Assembly: GCF_009914755.1 (NCBI RefSeq)
Contig: NC_060932.1
Source: the human T2T-CHM13v2.0 reference genome, Homo sapiens
Strand: one strand, 5' to 3'
Length of the DNA: 64,000 bases
Positions 13,197 to 24,690 of this stretch are shown piece after piece; the stretch's first letter is position 1, and each line of letters opens with the position of its first letter. The notes under the pieces were generated by a model, which had not been told where the DNA came from, did no database searches, and saw only the letters and a list, made by a program, of their open reading frames with translations. A program made the translations under genes and the position numbers.

Positions 13197-13720
13197 TGGG
13201 ACTCAGGAGGCAGGGAGTCTTCCTGGCGGACGGCGCTCGGAGGCAGCCTCTGCAAACTCCGGCGCGCAGCGCCGCCGCCCCGGCACAGCCCGGCAGCAGC
13301 GGCAAGTGCAGGACCAGGCGCCGCCGCTCTGCACCAGTCGCCTTGGCTCAGCTGTGCCGGGCGCCGGGCATTCGCCAGGGCACACGACTCAGCGAGGCGG
13401 CGGCTGGGACTGAGGCTACTGCACCCGGCCGCGCGGACCCGAGCGCTGCAGCTGCCTCCAGCCCCGGAGCGCGGCGCTCCGAGCCCCTGGTGGGTGTCTC
13501 TGGCTCCAAGGGAATCACGGCTCAATTAGGGACCTGCCAGGAGAAAAACCGATGCGCTGCCGCAGGCAGAGCCGCCAGCCCGCCCCCAGTCGGCTGGTCA
13601 CATCGCGGGCGCGCAGACGGACAAGCGAGCGGGAGGGTACCGCAGCCAGCACTCGCCGCCGCGCCGCGGAGAATGACAGGCGCCGAGGCGGAGCAGCCGC
13701 GCGGGGAGCGGGGCGCGAGT
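13197..13720 (-). other. Probable non-coding first (5'UTR) exon of an unidentified minus-strand gene; TSS position approximate
   Basis: Inside the CpG island, downstream (minus sense) of the GC-box cluster; ends at consensus donor CCCA|GTAAGT (GT at 13196-13195); no ATG-initiated frame stays open to the donor. Confidence 0.65.
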
Positions 13721-13856
13721 GCGCATGATCCTGGCCGCAGCGGCACGTCACGGGGGAGGAGGGGCGGGCCGCGGGGCGGGAGGGGGCGAGCCGGGCGGGG
13801 CCGGGCTGGGGGTGCACACGGGTGAGGACCGGCGCGGGGCCTGGCTTGCTCGCGGG
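13220..13856. promoter_or_regulatory. CpG island
   Basis: ~640 bp that is very GC-rich with dense CpG (GCGC, CGCG, CCGG runs), in sharp contrast to the CpG-depleted AT-rich flanks; the only such island in the window. Confidence 0.95.
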
Positions 13857-13870
13857 AGGATGCAGGAAGT
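13720..13870 (-). promoter_or_regulatory. TATA-less core/proximal promoter
   Basis: GGGCGG boxes at 13762, 13774 and 13793; NRF1-like TGCGCATG 13720-13727; TGACGTG (minus strand, 13744-13750; CRE/HRE-like); ETS CAGGAAGT 13863-13870. Confidence 0.75.
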
Positions 13871-14039
13871 CTTCCCTGCCCTGATTTTATGAACCCAAAG
13901 CTCTGTGGTTGAACTTGTCCCAGGAGCCCATTGTCCTTTAAACAGCACCGTTTAAGCGGTCCTTAAGGTCCCTGGGGAGCCCACAAAAGCCAATTTAATT
14001 CAGGTTACAGCTTAACCGTAAAGGGTTGCCATTTGGGGG

Positions 14040-14520
14040 ACAGTGATCTTCTATTGTGGCTGTGCATTAAAATAACTTGGGGAGCTTGTAAGAACCCTTT
14101 GCCCCGGACGCATCCCAGAACAAGTACAGGACAATGTCTGGGTGGGGCCCACCCAGGTATCAGTAGGTATCTAAAGATACCAAGGTACAGCAGTGCTTCT
14201 CAAACCCTCAGTGTGTGACAGAATCTCCTGCGGATTGTGTTGAGATGCAAGATTCAGATTCAGTAGGCCTGGGATAATGAGGGAGACATCCTTTCTAACA
14301 AGCTCTCGGAGGATGCCAATACTGCAGGTCCAGACCCCCATCCTTGCTACTTAACGTGTGATCTAGAGCCTGGAGCAGAGCTTCTGAAACAGTTGGCCTG
14401 TCTGACAGTCACCCGAGGGGCTTATAAAAAACGCAGAACAAATGCCCAGGCCGTACCCCCAGTGATAGTGGTTCTGGCTCAGCCCCTGGCAAAGGTGGGC
14501 TTCTAGAATTCCATTTGGCA
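14040..14520. mobile_element. Cluster of MER5A-like hAT DNA-transposon fragments
   Basis: CAGTGCTTCTCAAAC...CAGAATCTCCT...GATTCAGTAGGCCTGGG...TTCTAACAAGCTC...GATGCCAATACTGCAGGTCC; further degraded copies on each side. Confidence 0.6.
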
Positions 14521-17500
14521 TCAACACTCTAAATAAATCTGATAGGGGTTTTGTTTGGGCCAAACTTCAAGTTTACACTAGCAACCTGGAATTGGGAATA
14601 AACTTTTGCACTTACAAGGAGACAAACCAAGTCTAGAACTCAGGACATCTGACTTTGAGTCAGGGATTCTAAACCAACGGGTGCTTTATCTGACTAGTCC
14701 CAATTTTCTAAAATTATGATGCATTACTTAGCAAGAAAAAACATATAAATGGCATTAAATATACACACACACACTCTATTGAACACTCGTTACACATATC
14801 ATTAATGGGAGCTTAAAGGTGGCTGGGGAAGAAGGCTCATCAGGAGAGGGTAAGGAAGACAGTGATGGAGTAAGGGATGTTGTTAGTGTGTCGCAGAGGG
14901 AAGGGTATGTGGGAGGAAACAGTTTAGACTCAGCCTACAGCTTGGAAAAGCCCACTGGGGAAGCGGACCCAGGAACCAGACTTGGCCTCTTGCTTCAGAG
15001 CATGGTATGAAACTCAGGTGTTTAAGAACTTATGGAGTATAACATTTCACATACGTTACCTCACTGAAATTTCACAGTGGTCTCTTAAGTTGAATAATAA
15101 TATAAAAAAGTATCCCCATTTTATATATTAAAGAAGACATCCTGGACATGAGTTGACTAATGGTGGAACTTGAATAAAAGTAGGGATCTCCGTGTTGGAC
15201 TTGGCTTCTACAACTCTGGAGAAGAGGACAATTTAGACCTTATAAAGCAAATGGTTTCTGTGTTTACTAGTCACATCTTTTACAGGCTGTGCCTAAATTT
15301 GGAGTTAGGAAGGCTTTCATTCTTGTGGGGAGGAAATACATTTTGTGTCTTCCAGTTTTGCTACACTTGTTAGGATACACTTAGAACAAAATGTTCTAAG
15401 AGCAACCCGGTCCTAGGACATTGCAGTTCCACAGTGCAGGCTTCATTGAGGAGTTTGAAGGGCAATATTCACGTTATCTGGTGACAAGTGTAATTACCAT
15501 CCTCATTTTACCCAGGCTCAGAAGCTAAGTGATTTAGACAAATTCACGAATGCAGGCAGGAGCCAATCTCTAGCCTCTGTCCTTTTCCTCTGCTCTCTTT
15601 TCACCAAGTAACATGCTGAGGATTGTTTTTCATTTCCAAATTTTTCATATCAGGATTTGCCATCAGTAAATTGGAACTCAAATGTATTTCAAAGCCACTC
15701 CTAGATAGAGAACCAAAAGTGTCAGGATCAATTCTTGTGCTTGTGGTAGATGCTATGGGCTATACTCTCGGTCTGAGTAATGTTTTGGAAGCAAGTATGT
15801 GATAGTTATATACAGTCTTCTAATCCAGAGGTTTGACTGGGAATGCTACACTGCCAACTGTGGTCTACCTGCCTTTATCTTTACTTCTTATCTAACTCTT
15901 CCATTACAGCCATTCTTCGGTGTGATTATGAAATTAATTCCTAAGAAAAAAGAATTCTTTGAAGGAGCTGGTACATCACAGGTTGTAAAACTTACTTCAG
16001 TTTTTAATAAGAAATATATATATATTTTAAATATGAAGGTAGCAGAATAGTCATGTTGGGACCTTTAGAAGAACCCAAAGTTGTCATTGTTTTCTTAGGT
16101 GCCCGACATTTCAATCAAAATATTTACATAATTCATTTGTATATTGATTTCAAGAGATCCAAGATTTAATTAAATAAAAAGTTACTATTAATTGGTGTGT
16201 CCTGCTATTGAATTTTGAACCATTGTTATTGGCATTAAATACATGAAATATATAATATTGTCTTGATACTATATTGACTGTGCTTTAATATTGACTGTGT
16301 CTTGATATTGACTGTGTCTGTATTTAGAATTTATTTCACATCAGCTGCTATTGATTGTCTGGCAGAAATCGCAGCTACATCTTTTTCTCTGAGGTCTGTA
16401 TTCCTTATGGGTCAGCAAGGCCTACTCTTTGGCTGAGAATTCCTTCCTTCAATGCCTCTAAAAGTCCTAGTAGTGAGATATTCAATTATATAGACACTAA
16501 TGACTCCACTGAAACTATTCTTCCCTCATGCAGAAACTGTACCTAGGATAGATTTTTATTAAAGTCTTTCTGCTAAAAATCACAGGCTTACCAACTGAGC
16601 TGGAAAGCTTAGGCTCAAAAATTCTCCACCTTTATTAATTACATTTCTTCATCCATTTCACTCAAAGGGATTCTTTGACATGAAAATCTTCACTTACTTC
16701 ATAGACACAGTCCAGATAAGAGAACTGTGGGGAGTCCAAGGTGACTAGCAAGAGTGAGACAGTTGGGAGGAAGGAATTAGATGCCACTTGGTGAAAAATA
16801 AGCTTGCCATAAAAATTAATACAAGTTGTGCTTGATTTGTGGACATGGCTTATTACAAAGTTTGCCTTGTTTGAACACATGCAGCAGCTGATAACTTCAC
16901 TGGAAACCATCACTGAATCCCTGGTGTAGATGGGATTGGGGGAGATTAGGGTCCTGTCTTCTTTCCCGAGAAACTTTAGAAAAGTATTAGAAAGCCCAAT
17001 TCTTGCCCTAATGCAGGAAACTTACGACGTGCCTGCATTTTAAATGTTCATGTCTAAGTTATCTCACTTACAATTTAGAGCAGTCAATATAATAAATAAT
17101 CAGGATTTTCAGGCTAGCTCCATAATGTTTTTTAAGTCTCTATTAACAACAAAAAAAGCTAATAGAGTGTTAATTATAACCCTGAACCTGAGAAGAAATA
17201 GGTGATGGGTAGGGATGTTGGGCTAAGGCAGGAATGGGGTCGGGGGCTGGGACAGGATGGAATTTAGGGATGGAAGAAGGAAGGCAGGAAGTGGCCTTTG
17301 GTTGCTGAGGAGCAAAGGCTGGTGGAGACTGAGTATCAGCAGCTTCTGAGATAAGACTGGGCAATGGCCTGTGAGCAAGATTAGAGAGCAAGCAATCAAG
17401 ACTCTGCTGGCAACTCACAGCTTACCTGAACTTAAAGTGCTGAGGATTCCACGTGTGACTTTGTCTATAGGAAAGAGGGATCAGAGGTTAAGAAATAGAT

Positions 17501-20500
17501 TATAAATTCCTTAAAACCCATGATAGATGCTTTAAAGAACTACTACAAAATATACCCTCAATTTCAATCTCTAAGAGTTACTTTTTCCTCCCTCCCAACC
17601 AAATTGCCCACTAATAAAAGGAGAGAGCAGCTGGGGGAGAGGCCATGCTGCACAGTGCGAACCTCACAGGCTGTCTGGCCCCCACTCCCAGCATCTCCAT
17701 CCATCAGCTGTAATCACGTGACTGCCATCTTTGATTACCTAATACACAGTAACAAGAGCTTCAAGCACATATTAGGTTCCGAATATGCTAGCTATTAGTG
17801 GTGGGCTTTACAAAATCTCTCCTAGAGTTAAAATCTGAAACTAGACATCTCTTAGTGTCTATTTTATCATTTTAATGTAAACCATGATGAACTGTAGTTT
17901 TTAAGAGAGTACTTTCCTTCTCCATCAGAAGACTTAAGAGTGACTTTAGGGCTCCTCTGAGGACAGGAGAATCGTGTAGAAAAGGCTTTCAAGGGAGATC
18001 AGGGCAAAACCTACTAATGTAGCTCTGCAGCCTCACACTATACTGTAGAGGAAAAGTCAAGGCTTAAGGACTTGACATTTTCATATCTTTCTACCGGGAG
18101 AAAGAAATTATGGTGGCAAGAGACAGTAGCTATAAAAGTGAAAATAGAGTGCTTTAAAGAAATGCCTTTATATTACAGATTTGAGAATGGACATTTCCAT
18201 TGTCCTTTGTCATCCTGACCTTACACATTCCTTAAAGTTCTATCCTGACATCAACACTCAAGATGTGTGCCTGTAAAACTGATGTAGATACTCAGAATGT
18301 TGGTAGAGATTCCTTAAGCTCACTTTTAATTCTTCTGCCTTTATCACTTCAATATAATACAATTTTTATAAACATATTTTAAGCAGGCATCAGAGAAAAC
18401 TGCGTGTTTCCTTAGTAGCCAACCAGTTGCCTGCCAGCAAGCAAAACTTCAGCATTGAGAAAGGAAGATTTTGAAATTCAATTCCAAAAGAAGTGAGTTG
18501 TGCCATCTCCAACATTAGAAATATGTGAAAGACTTATAGTGGCTAAAGCATTTCTGTCATTTCTTGCCTTTATACATCTTCCTCCAGTCCCGCCCTCTCA
18601 ACACCTTTTCAGCAAATAGACTTTTCTGCTCTCAGTCTTGTACTCTCCCTAAAATGGAAGCTGTCTCTTGTTATATAGCTACAACAGATGACAGGAAGAG
18701 GAAATTCAGCAGAAAGTGGCTTTCTCTGTGAGCCACAAGCCCATTAAAAGTGGAAGATTATTCTTTGTTTACATGGCTTTCTTCTTCAGTTTGCATAAGG
18801 TTCCTTATCTGAAAAATGGGGATAATAGTATCAGAAAATAGTATCAGTATCCACAAAATAACATAATTATTTTCTGAAAGAATCAGCCATTTACCTATTC
18901 CTACTTCCCTCTGAAGAGCATTCAGTTTCTGCTGAATTCTCTTCTTTTGTTCTCTACTCCCAAAGAAGAGAACACCTTCTAGAGAGGGTTGATGGTCAAT
19001 GCTAGTGAGTGCTAGTGAGAATGCAGGCTCCCCAGAGTTTTCATACACTTGGCAATGGTCAAACCTGTGGTTCTGAACAGGTAACAAAAACTGGTGCTTG
19101 AGATGTTACTTGTGTGGCTGGTGGTCAGACCCTCAGCAGAGTCTGAAACAAATTCTTTGGGGGATGAATAAAAGCACAATTGCAGTCTGATAAAAAGTCA
19201 AGGGACCCTGGAGATTTCACAGCAATTCAGAGAGAAAAAAGAATTTCCAGAGGTAAAAGCCATAAAATAAGCGATCACTCCAAAAGGTCTTGTAAAAACA
19301 GCAGTTGCTTTTAGAAATATTTAATCCCAAATTCCACTGAAGTGCACGTGGTATTTCCTGTTTCTGAAAACTTAGAGGAAAATTAAACTCTTCTTTGAAA
19401 AAAAGCAAGCAGAGCCAGATGTTGGCGTTGGTAATGATCTGCAGAGCCTAACACACATGTGGCGGCAGTCAGGGAAATGCATGACAGCTGTCTGAAGCCA
19501 TGGGAACCTGATTTCTCTTGGCTAGAAAAGAAACAAAGAGTAAGGGTTGTTTTGTTTATATATACAAGGGGACAGCTGAGTCCAACAGACATTATTTTGA
19601 GCTGTAGAGCCAGAAACAGCAGTTTAAAATATTTTATCTTTCCCTTTGACACACTCAGTCCAAATAATTTATTCAAGGAATGTTCAGTATCCAATCAGAT
19701 ACAGTGACATTCTAAAGTATTTTTTTCAGAAAATGCTAGACTATACCGTTTTGAGCCCAATTATAGGCAATCTCATAGTAGCTTGCTTTGTTCATATTAA
19801 TAATCAGAATTTTTTTCTGAAAATACATGACTGGACTTCTTGATTAAAAGAGCCTTTGGGTATACAGGAATGATTACCATCGGCTTTATCTTTCACTACA
19901 CCCCATCCTGAATCTTCTTCTCTGGTCAAACTGTTTTACTATTCCAAGATTCATTTCCCTTTGTCCTTTCTTGCTTTTGTTTTACTGCTGTTTTTTTATT
20001 CAAATCCTCCTCTCCCATCTCTGTCCTTCAAAATACTGCCCATTCAGGTGCCTAATTCATACCTCACCACATCTGTGAAGTTGATCTTGATCATCCTAGC
20101 TGGAAGAGTGTCTCCTCCTGGGAACATCTGTAACACCTACTGTCTGGATCATCCACATGGCACTTCTCCTAAACTGCTTTGAATTAAGGACATCAGTGTA
20201 TGTATTGCTGTTCAATGAAACAGCAAGCTCCCAAAGGCAGGCATTAAGTTTTAAACTTCTTTGTATCTTCTCTCCTTCTCCCGCTCCTTAACTCTCTAGT
20301 TATTTTGTACGTGATCACAAGGGTTCTATTCATGTCCATGCTTATGACGTTGATTGTGAGCATGTTGACTGGAGAGAGAGGTGTAGGTTTGTGGAGGAAG
20401 ACAGATAACTAACATCCAAAGAGTGATTCAGCACCTAATCCCATTTGGATTGCAGCATTGGGCAGATTATCAAAGCTTATCTAGTTATATATTAAATACT

Positions 20501-21156
20501 TATTGCATCTGAGTTACAGGGTGAAGGCTTGATCCCAAGAACAAAAATTGAATTCTAATTACTACAATAGAAGCATGAGGTGTGAACCAGATTATTTATA
20601 TTAATATTTAATTTATATTGAATTCTGGGCTATGGATTCTTCAGTATCCACCTCCCACTGACAAGGGACAGGATTGAACCTGGAGCCTGGAGAAAGACTG
20701 AGTCTATTGTTGGAGGAAAGGTGATCATCTATGAAAGCAGAGATGATAGGGGAGCAGAAAGCCAGGCAGGACATTTTTCTTCCTACAATGCCTTTCATAG
20801 CAGGTTGTTTGACATGAGAAGTGTCATGTCAGTCATTGTGTTTACCCATCTCTGTGCCACTAGCTTCCTCTGAAATATGGACTAGAGAATATGGAATGGA
20901 CTGAACAGTCTAGGGAGGAAAATGGGACAGATACACAGGGAGAGGCAGAGATCCAATGGAAGACAGACAGAGCATTCCAGCCAACGTAATGCTTTTCCAG
21001 ACCCTTCATATCCTTAAGTAAATTTTCCTTTTCATTGCCTGATCCTTGTAAGACAAAAAAATCTAACATACTGCTCAATGAATGTTTATAGAACAAATGA
21101 CTAGAAATGAGGTGTTAATATTATTAAGAATTGATAAAGCAATATTCATATTCATT

Positions 21157-21910
21157 TGTGATAAAATAAAGAACATATCTGGCTTTTGTCTCTGGTTCCT
21201 AGCAGAGTTTCAAAACTCCTAGTATTTCCAGAGTGATAAGAATGTCTTTTGTTATTCATAATTAACCTCCTTGGACTGTACCTGAGTTTGTGATAATGAA
21301 TGGGGGAAACCAACCATGTGATTAGAAGGTTGGAACTTTCAGACCCTGCCCCCAACCTTTGGAGAAGGAGTGAGACTGGAGATTAAGTTCAATCACAGGG
21401 CCAATTATTTAATCAGTTATACCTACACAATAAAATTCTGACAAAAAATTCAGGACATGGAGATTTAGGAAGCTTCCTGTTTGGTGAAGATGTTGCTGTA
21501 CTGGGAGGGTGATGTGTCCTCCTGGCTCCACAGAGACAGAAGCTCCTGCACTCAGTGCCTTTCTAGACCTTGTTATCTGTATCACTTCATCTGGCTGCTC
21601 ATTTGTATCCTTTCTAATAAAACAGTAATCATAAGGATAGTGCTTTCCCAAATTCCATGAGTTCTTCTAGTGAATTATTGAAACTGAAGAGGGGTCATAG
21701 GAAAATCCCCAAAATTGTAGCCATGTCAGACAGAATTGCAGGTAGTTTGGGGACCCTGCTTGTAACTGGTGTCTGAACTAAGAATAGTCTCATTAGGAAC
21801 CTTGCTCTTTAACTTGTGGGAGCTGACTCTCACTCTGGGTAGTTAGTGTCAGAATTGAATTGAATCGTAGGACATCTAGTTGGTGTGAGCGACTTGATGT
21901 TGGAACACAA
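21157..21910 (+). mobile_element. MER21-family solo LTR
   Basis: TGTGAT...TGGCTTTTGTCTCTGGTTCCT...GAGTGATAAGAATGTCTTTTGTTATTCAT...CCAACCATGTGATTAGAAGGTTGGAACTTTCAG...AATAAA...GTAGTTAGTGTCAGAATTGAATTG. Confidence 0.8.
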
Positions 21911-22089
21911 GATTACATTCTTTGTGCATTTAAAAATACACCATGTTTTTGTGACATCTATTTACAGTGTTGATTAACACAGAGCAGAAATGGCATCAAC
22001 ATCTCAAGATGAAGAAGAGAGCAATTATATCAGGTGACTATGTCCGTATCAGTCAATCTGCACATGTAGGTTGATGGTCAATGTACTAA

Positions 22090-22462
<373 letters not shown>

Positions 22463-24209
22463 TCCTACATCTTTTTATTTCAATCTATGCCTTATGAATT
22501 GTCTTCAAAATCCTAAGTACTACTGAATGCTTTATGGTTGATATGCTGATATGCAAATAAATACTTATTAATTGTAATACTCAACTTGCATTGCATGCCT
22601 ATTGAATAGTCTTATCTCTCTGGACATTACTTTAGTAATCTCTCTCTCTCTCTCTCTCTATTTCACAAATGGGAAAAACTAAGCCATAGGTTAAGTGTCT
22701 TACCTAGGATTTCAAAGAAAGTCAGGACTGGACCTACATTTAAAAATGCATTTCCCCTGAGTTTCCAAGCCTATTACTTAGCTTATCACACCTTCCTTAA
22801 ATATCAAGAGCTACTGGTCATTTCTGGGTTCTGACCATCATGTGGAAGATGATAGAGAGTGAAGTGGCCATTGAGGTTCAGAATCAGGTTCTACATGGAA
22901 GTACTTTCTCATTCATCTTAGAGTTGTTTTAGCTTATGTTTGTGCTAGCAGCTAAAACCAATATCTTCTTGCCAAATTAAGCCAGTGAATCACTTGTGCT
23001 GATATGAAAAGTTAGAAATATTACTTAATTTAGGATATGCTCTCTTAAAAAGACAAAGAAATAGACTTCAAGCATTGACAAAAAGAGAAAGAAGAAACAT
23101 TTTTAAAGAAGAAATCTTGAGTGTAAAAATAATCGTGATGCTTATCTAGCAGATTAAAATGTAATTAGCTCTATTGAGTTGTAGCTGGATTCACTCTTTG
23201 AATCTTCTATAAATCAGAATTGAAACAGCAACTTTGCAACCAGAGGCATTTTTAATGACTATGGCGGATAACAGCCAACAATTTATTTCAGACGAGGAAA
23301 CAGAGACAGAAATCTTGTTTTATTTTATCTGATTTAATGTTACCGTTCAGAAGAAATTACTTGCTTTTCTAACATACCAAACTTTTACTTTATTACTAAC
23401 AAATCTTCAAAAATGACAGCAAGTAGAATTAGGGAACAGTCATTACTGTAACATTCTATTTGACAACATGTAATCATGTCCATTAAGAGCTTTAAATTCC
23501 CCTCAAACATGTGATAGGAAACTTCAAAGTTTGTTTAACCCAGTGCTGAGTACATAACAAGTTCAATAATAAACATCTGTTGATAGTCTGATTCTCAACA
23601 TATTTCCCAAGAAGCTTTATCTAAATGGCAAACACTGACAGAAATAATTATTTCCTGGAGTCTTAAGTTTACACACATTTGGGACGCAGTCTCTGAGACA
23701 AAGCAGGTGATTTTTGTGGCCATTTCGCAGTTAAGTGAAATAGTCATGGCCCTTCTGTTCTACCTCTGGATGGGGCCTTTTTCCCAAAAGACACCAGGTA
23801 GATGTTGATGTGCATCTGTCCCGTACAAGCTCTGGTACATGTATGCTCTTGATTGAGAGACAGACTTGACTTTTCAAGAAAAGCTCTCAGAGATTGGCCT
23901 GACTTTGATTATTACAAGGGCATTTAATTTCAGGGAAGTCCAGAACAGTTCTTTTTTGAGATCCACCTATAGTAATTATAAACTTCTTGATTTCCAGAAC
24001 AGTTCGTTAGCCAATCTGGACTCTTCTAGATTAGGGATGATATGGTCCACTCTAGGACCACCCTTCTGGGGCCACAGGAGAATTGAAGGAGGCTTGGTTA
24101 GGAAACAGTGACTTTGGTTAGGGAGTTCTGTGTCTGCTTCAATAAGAACTCCAAAGCATATTTTTCTTTTTTCACAAGGAGGCAAGCTAATAGTGAGATT
24201 CAGCCCTTT

Positions 24210-24690
24210 GCACAGTGGTCAACATGTGGGCTCTGGGGGAAGGTGCCCTAGGTTTATATGCCTCCTCTGACAGGCACTAGTATCTTTGTTAAGTTGCTCA
24301 CCCTTTCTATATCTCAAGTGTCCTTGTTTTAAAATGTAGCAATGGCTTATCTTATTTAGTATTTAATAATATGTGAAATACGTATGCTAATCATAAACCT
24401 AATGGTTTTTAAACACTGGCATAGTCTCTGGAACCTATGAAATGCTCAAATCAGTACCGCTATATAGTACTTTGCCTATGCCAGGTGCTGCCTGTGCACT
24501 TTATATCTGTAACTCATTTAATTTTCACAAAGGCAGGAGGAGATGCACCCATTCTCATTTTACAGATAAAGAAACTGAGGCACATACAGGCCAAGTAACC
24601 TGTCCAAGATCACACAGCTAATAAGTAGATTACTTCTATACATTTTAACCAGGCCATGTGGCTCCAGGTCATGTACTAAGTCACTATTTT
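24210..24690. mobile_element. Two MIRs tail-to-tail (+ ~24210-24460, - ~24470-24690)
   Basis: Second copy has a clear reverse core CATTTTACAGATAAAGAAACTGAGGCACA...AAGTAACCTGTCCAAGATCACACAGCTA; first copy is degraded. Confidence 0.65.

Noticed and set aside
13197-13720. Assigning a gene symbol to the CpG-island gene
   Set aside because: No coding exon in the window and the leader is not recognised with confidence; BLAT of 13197-13720 would settle it.
13051-13948. Multiple overlapping ORFs up to 238 aa in the CpG island
   Set aside because: Expected from stop-codon scarcity in GC-rich DNA. Low-complexity A/R/G/P content, mostly non-ATG starts, no recognisable domain.
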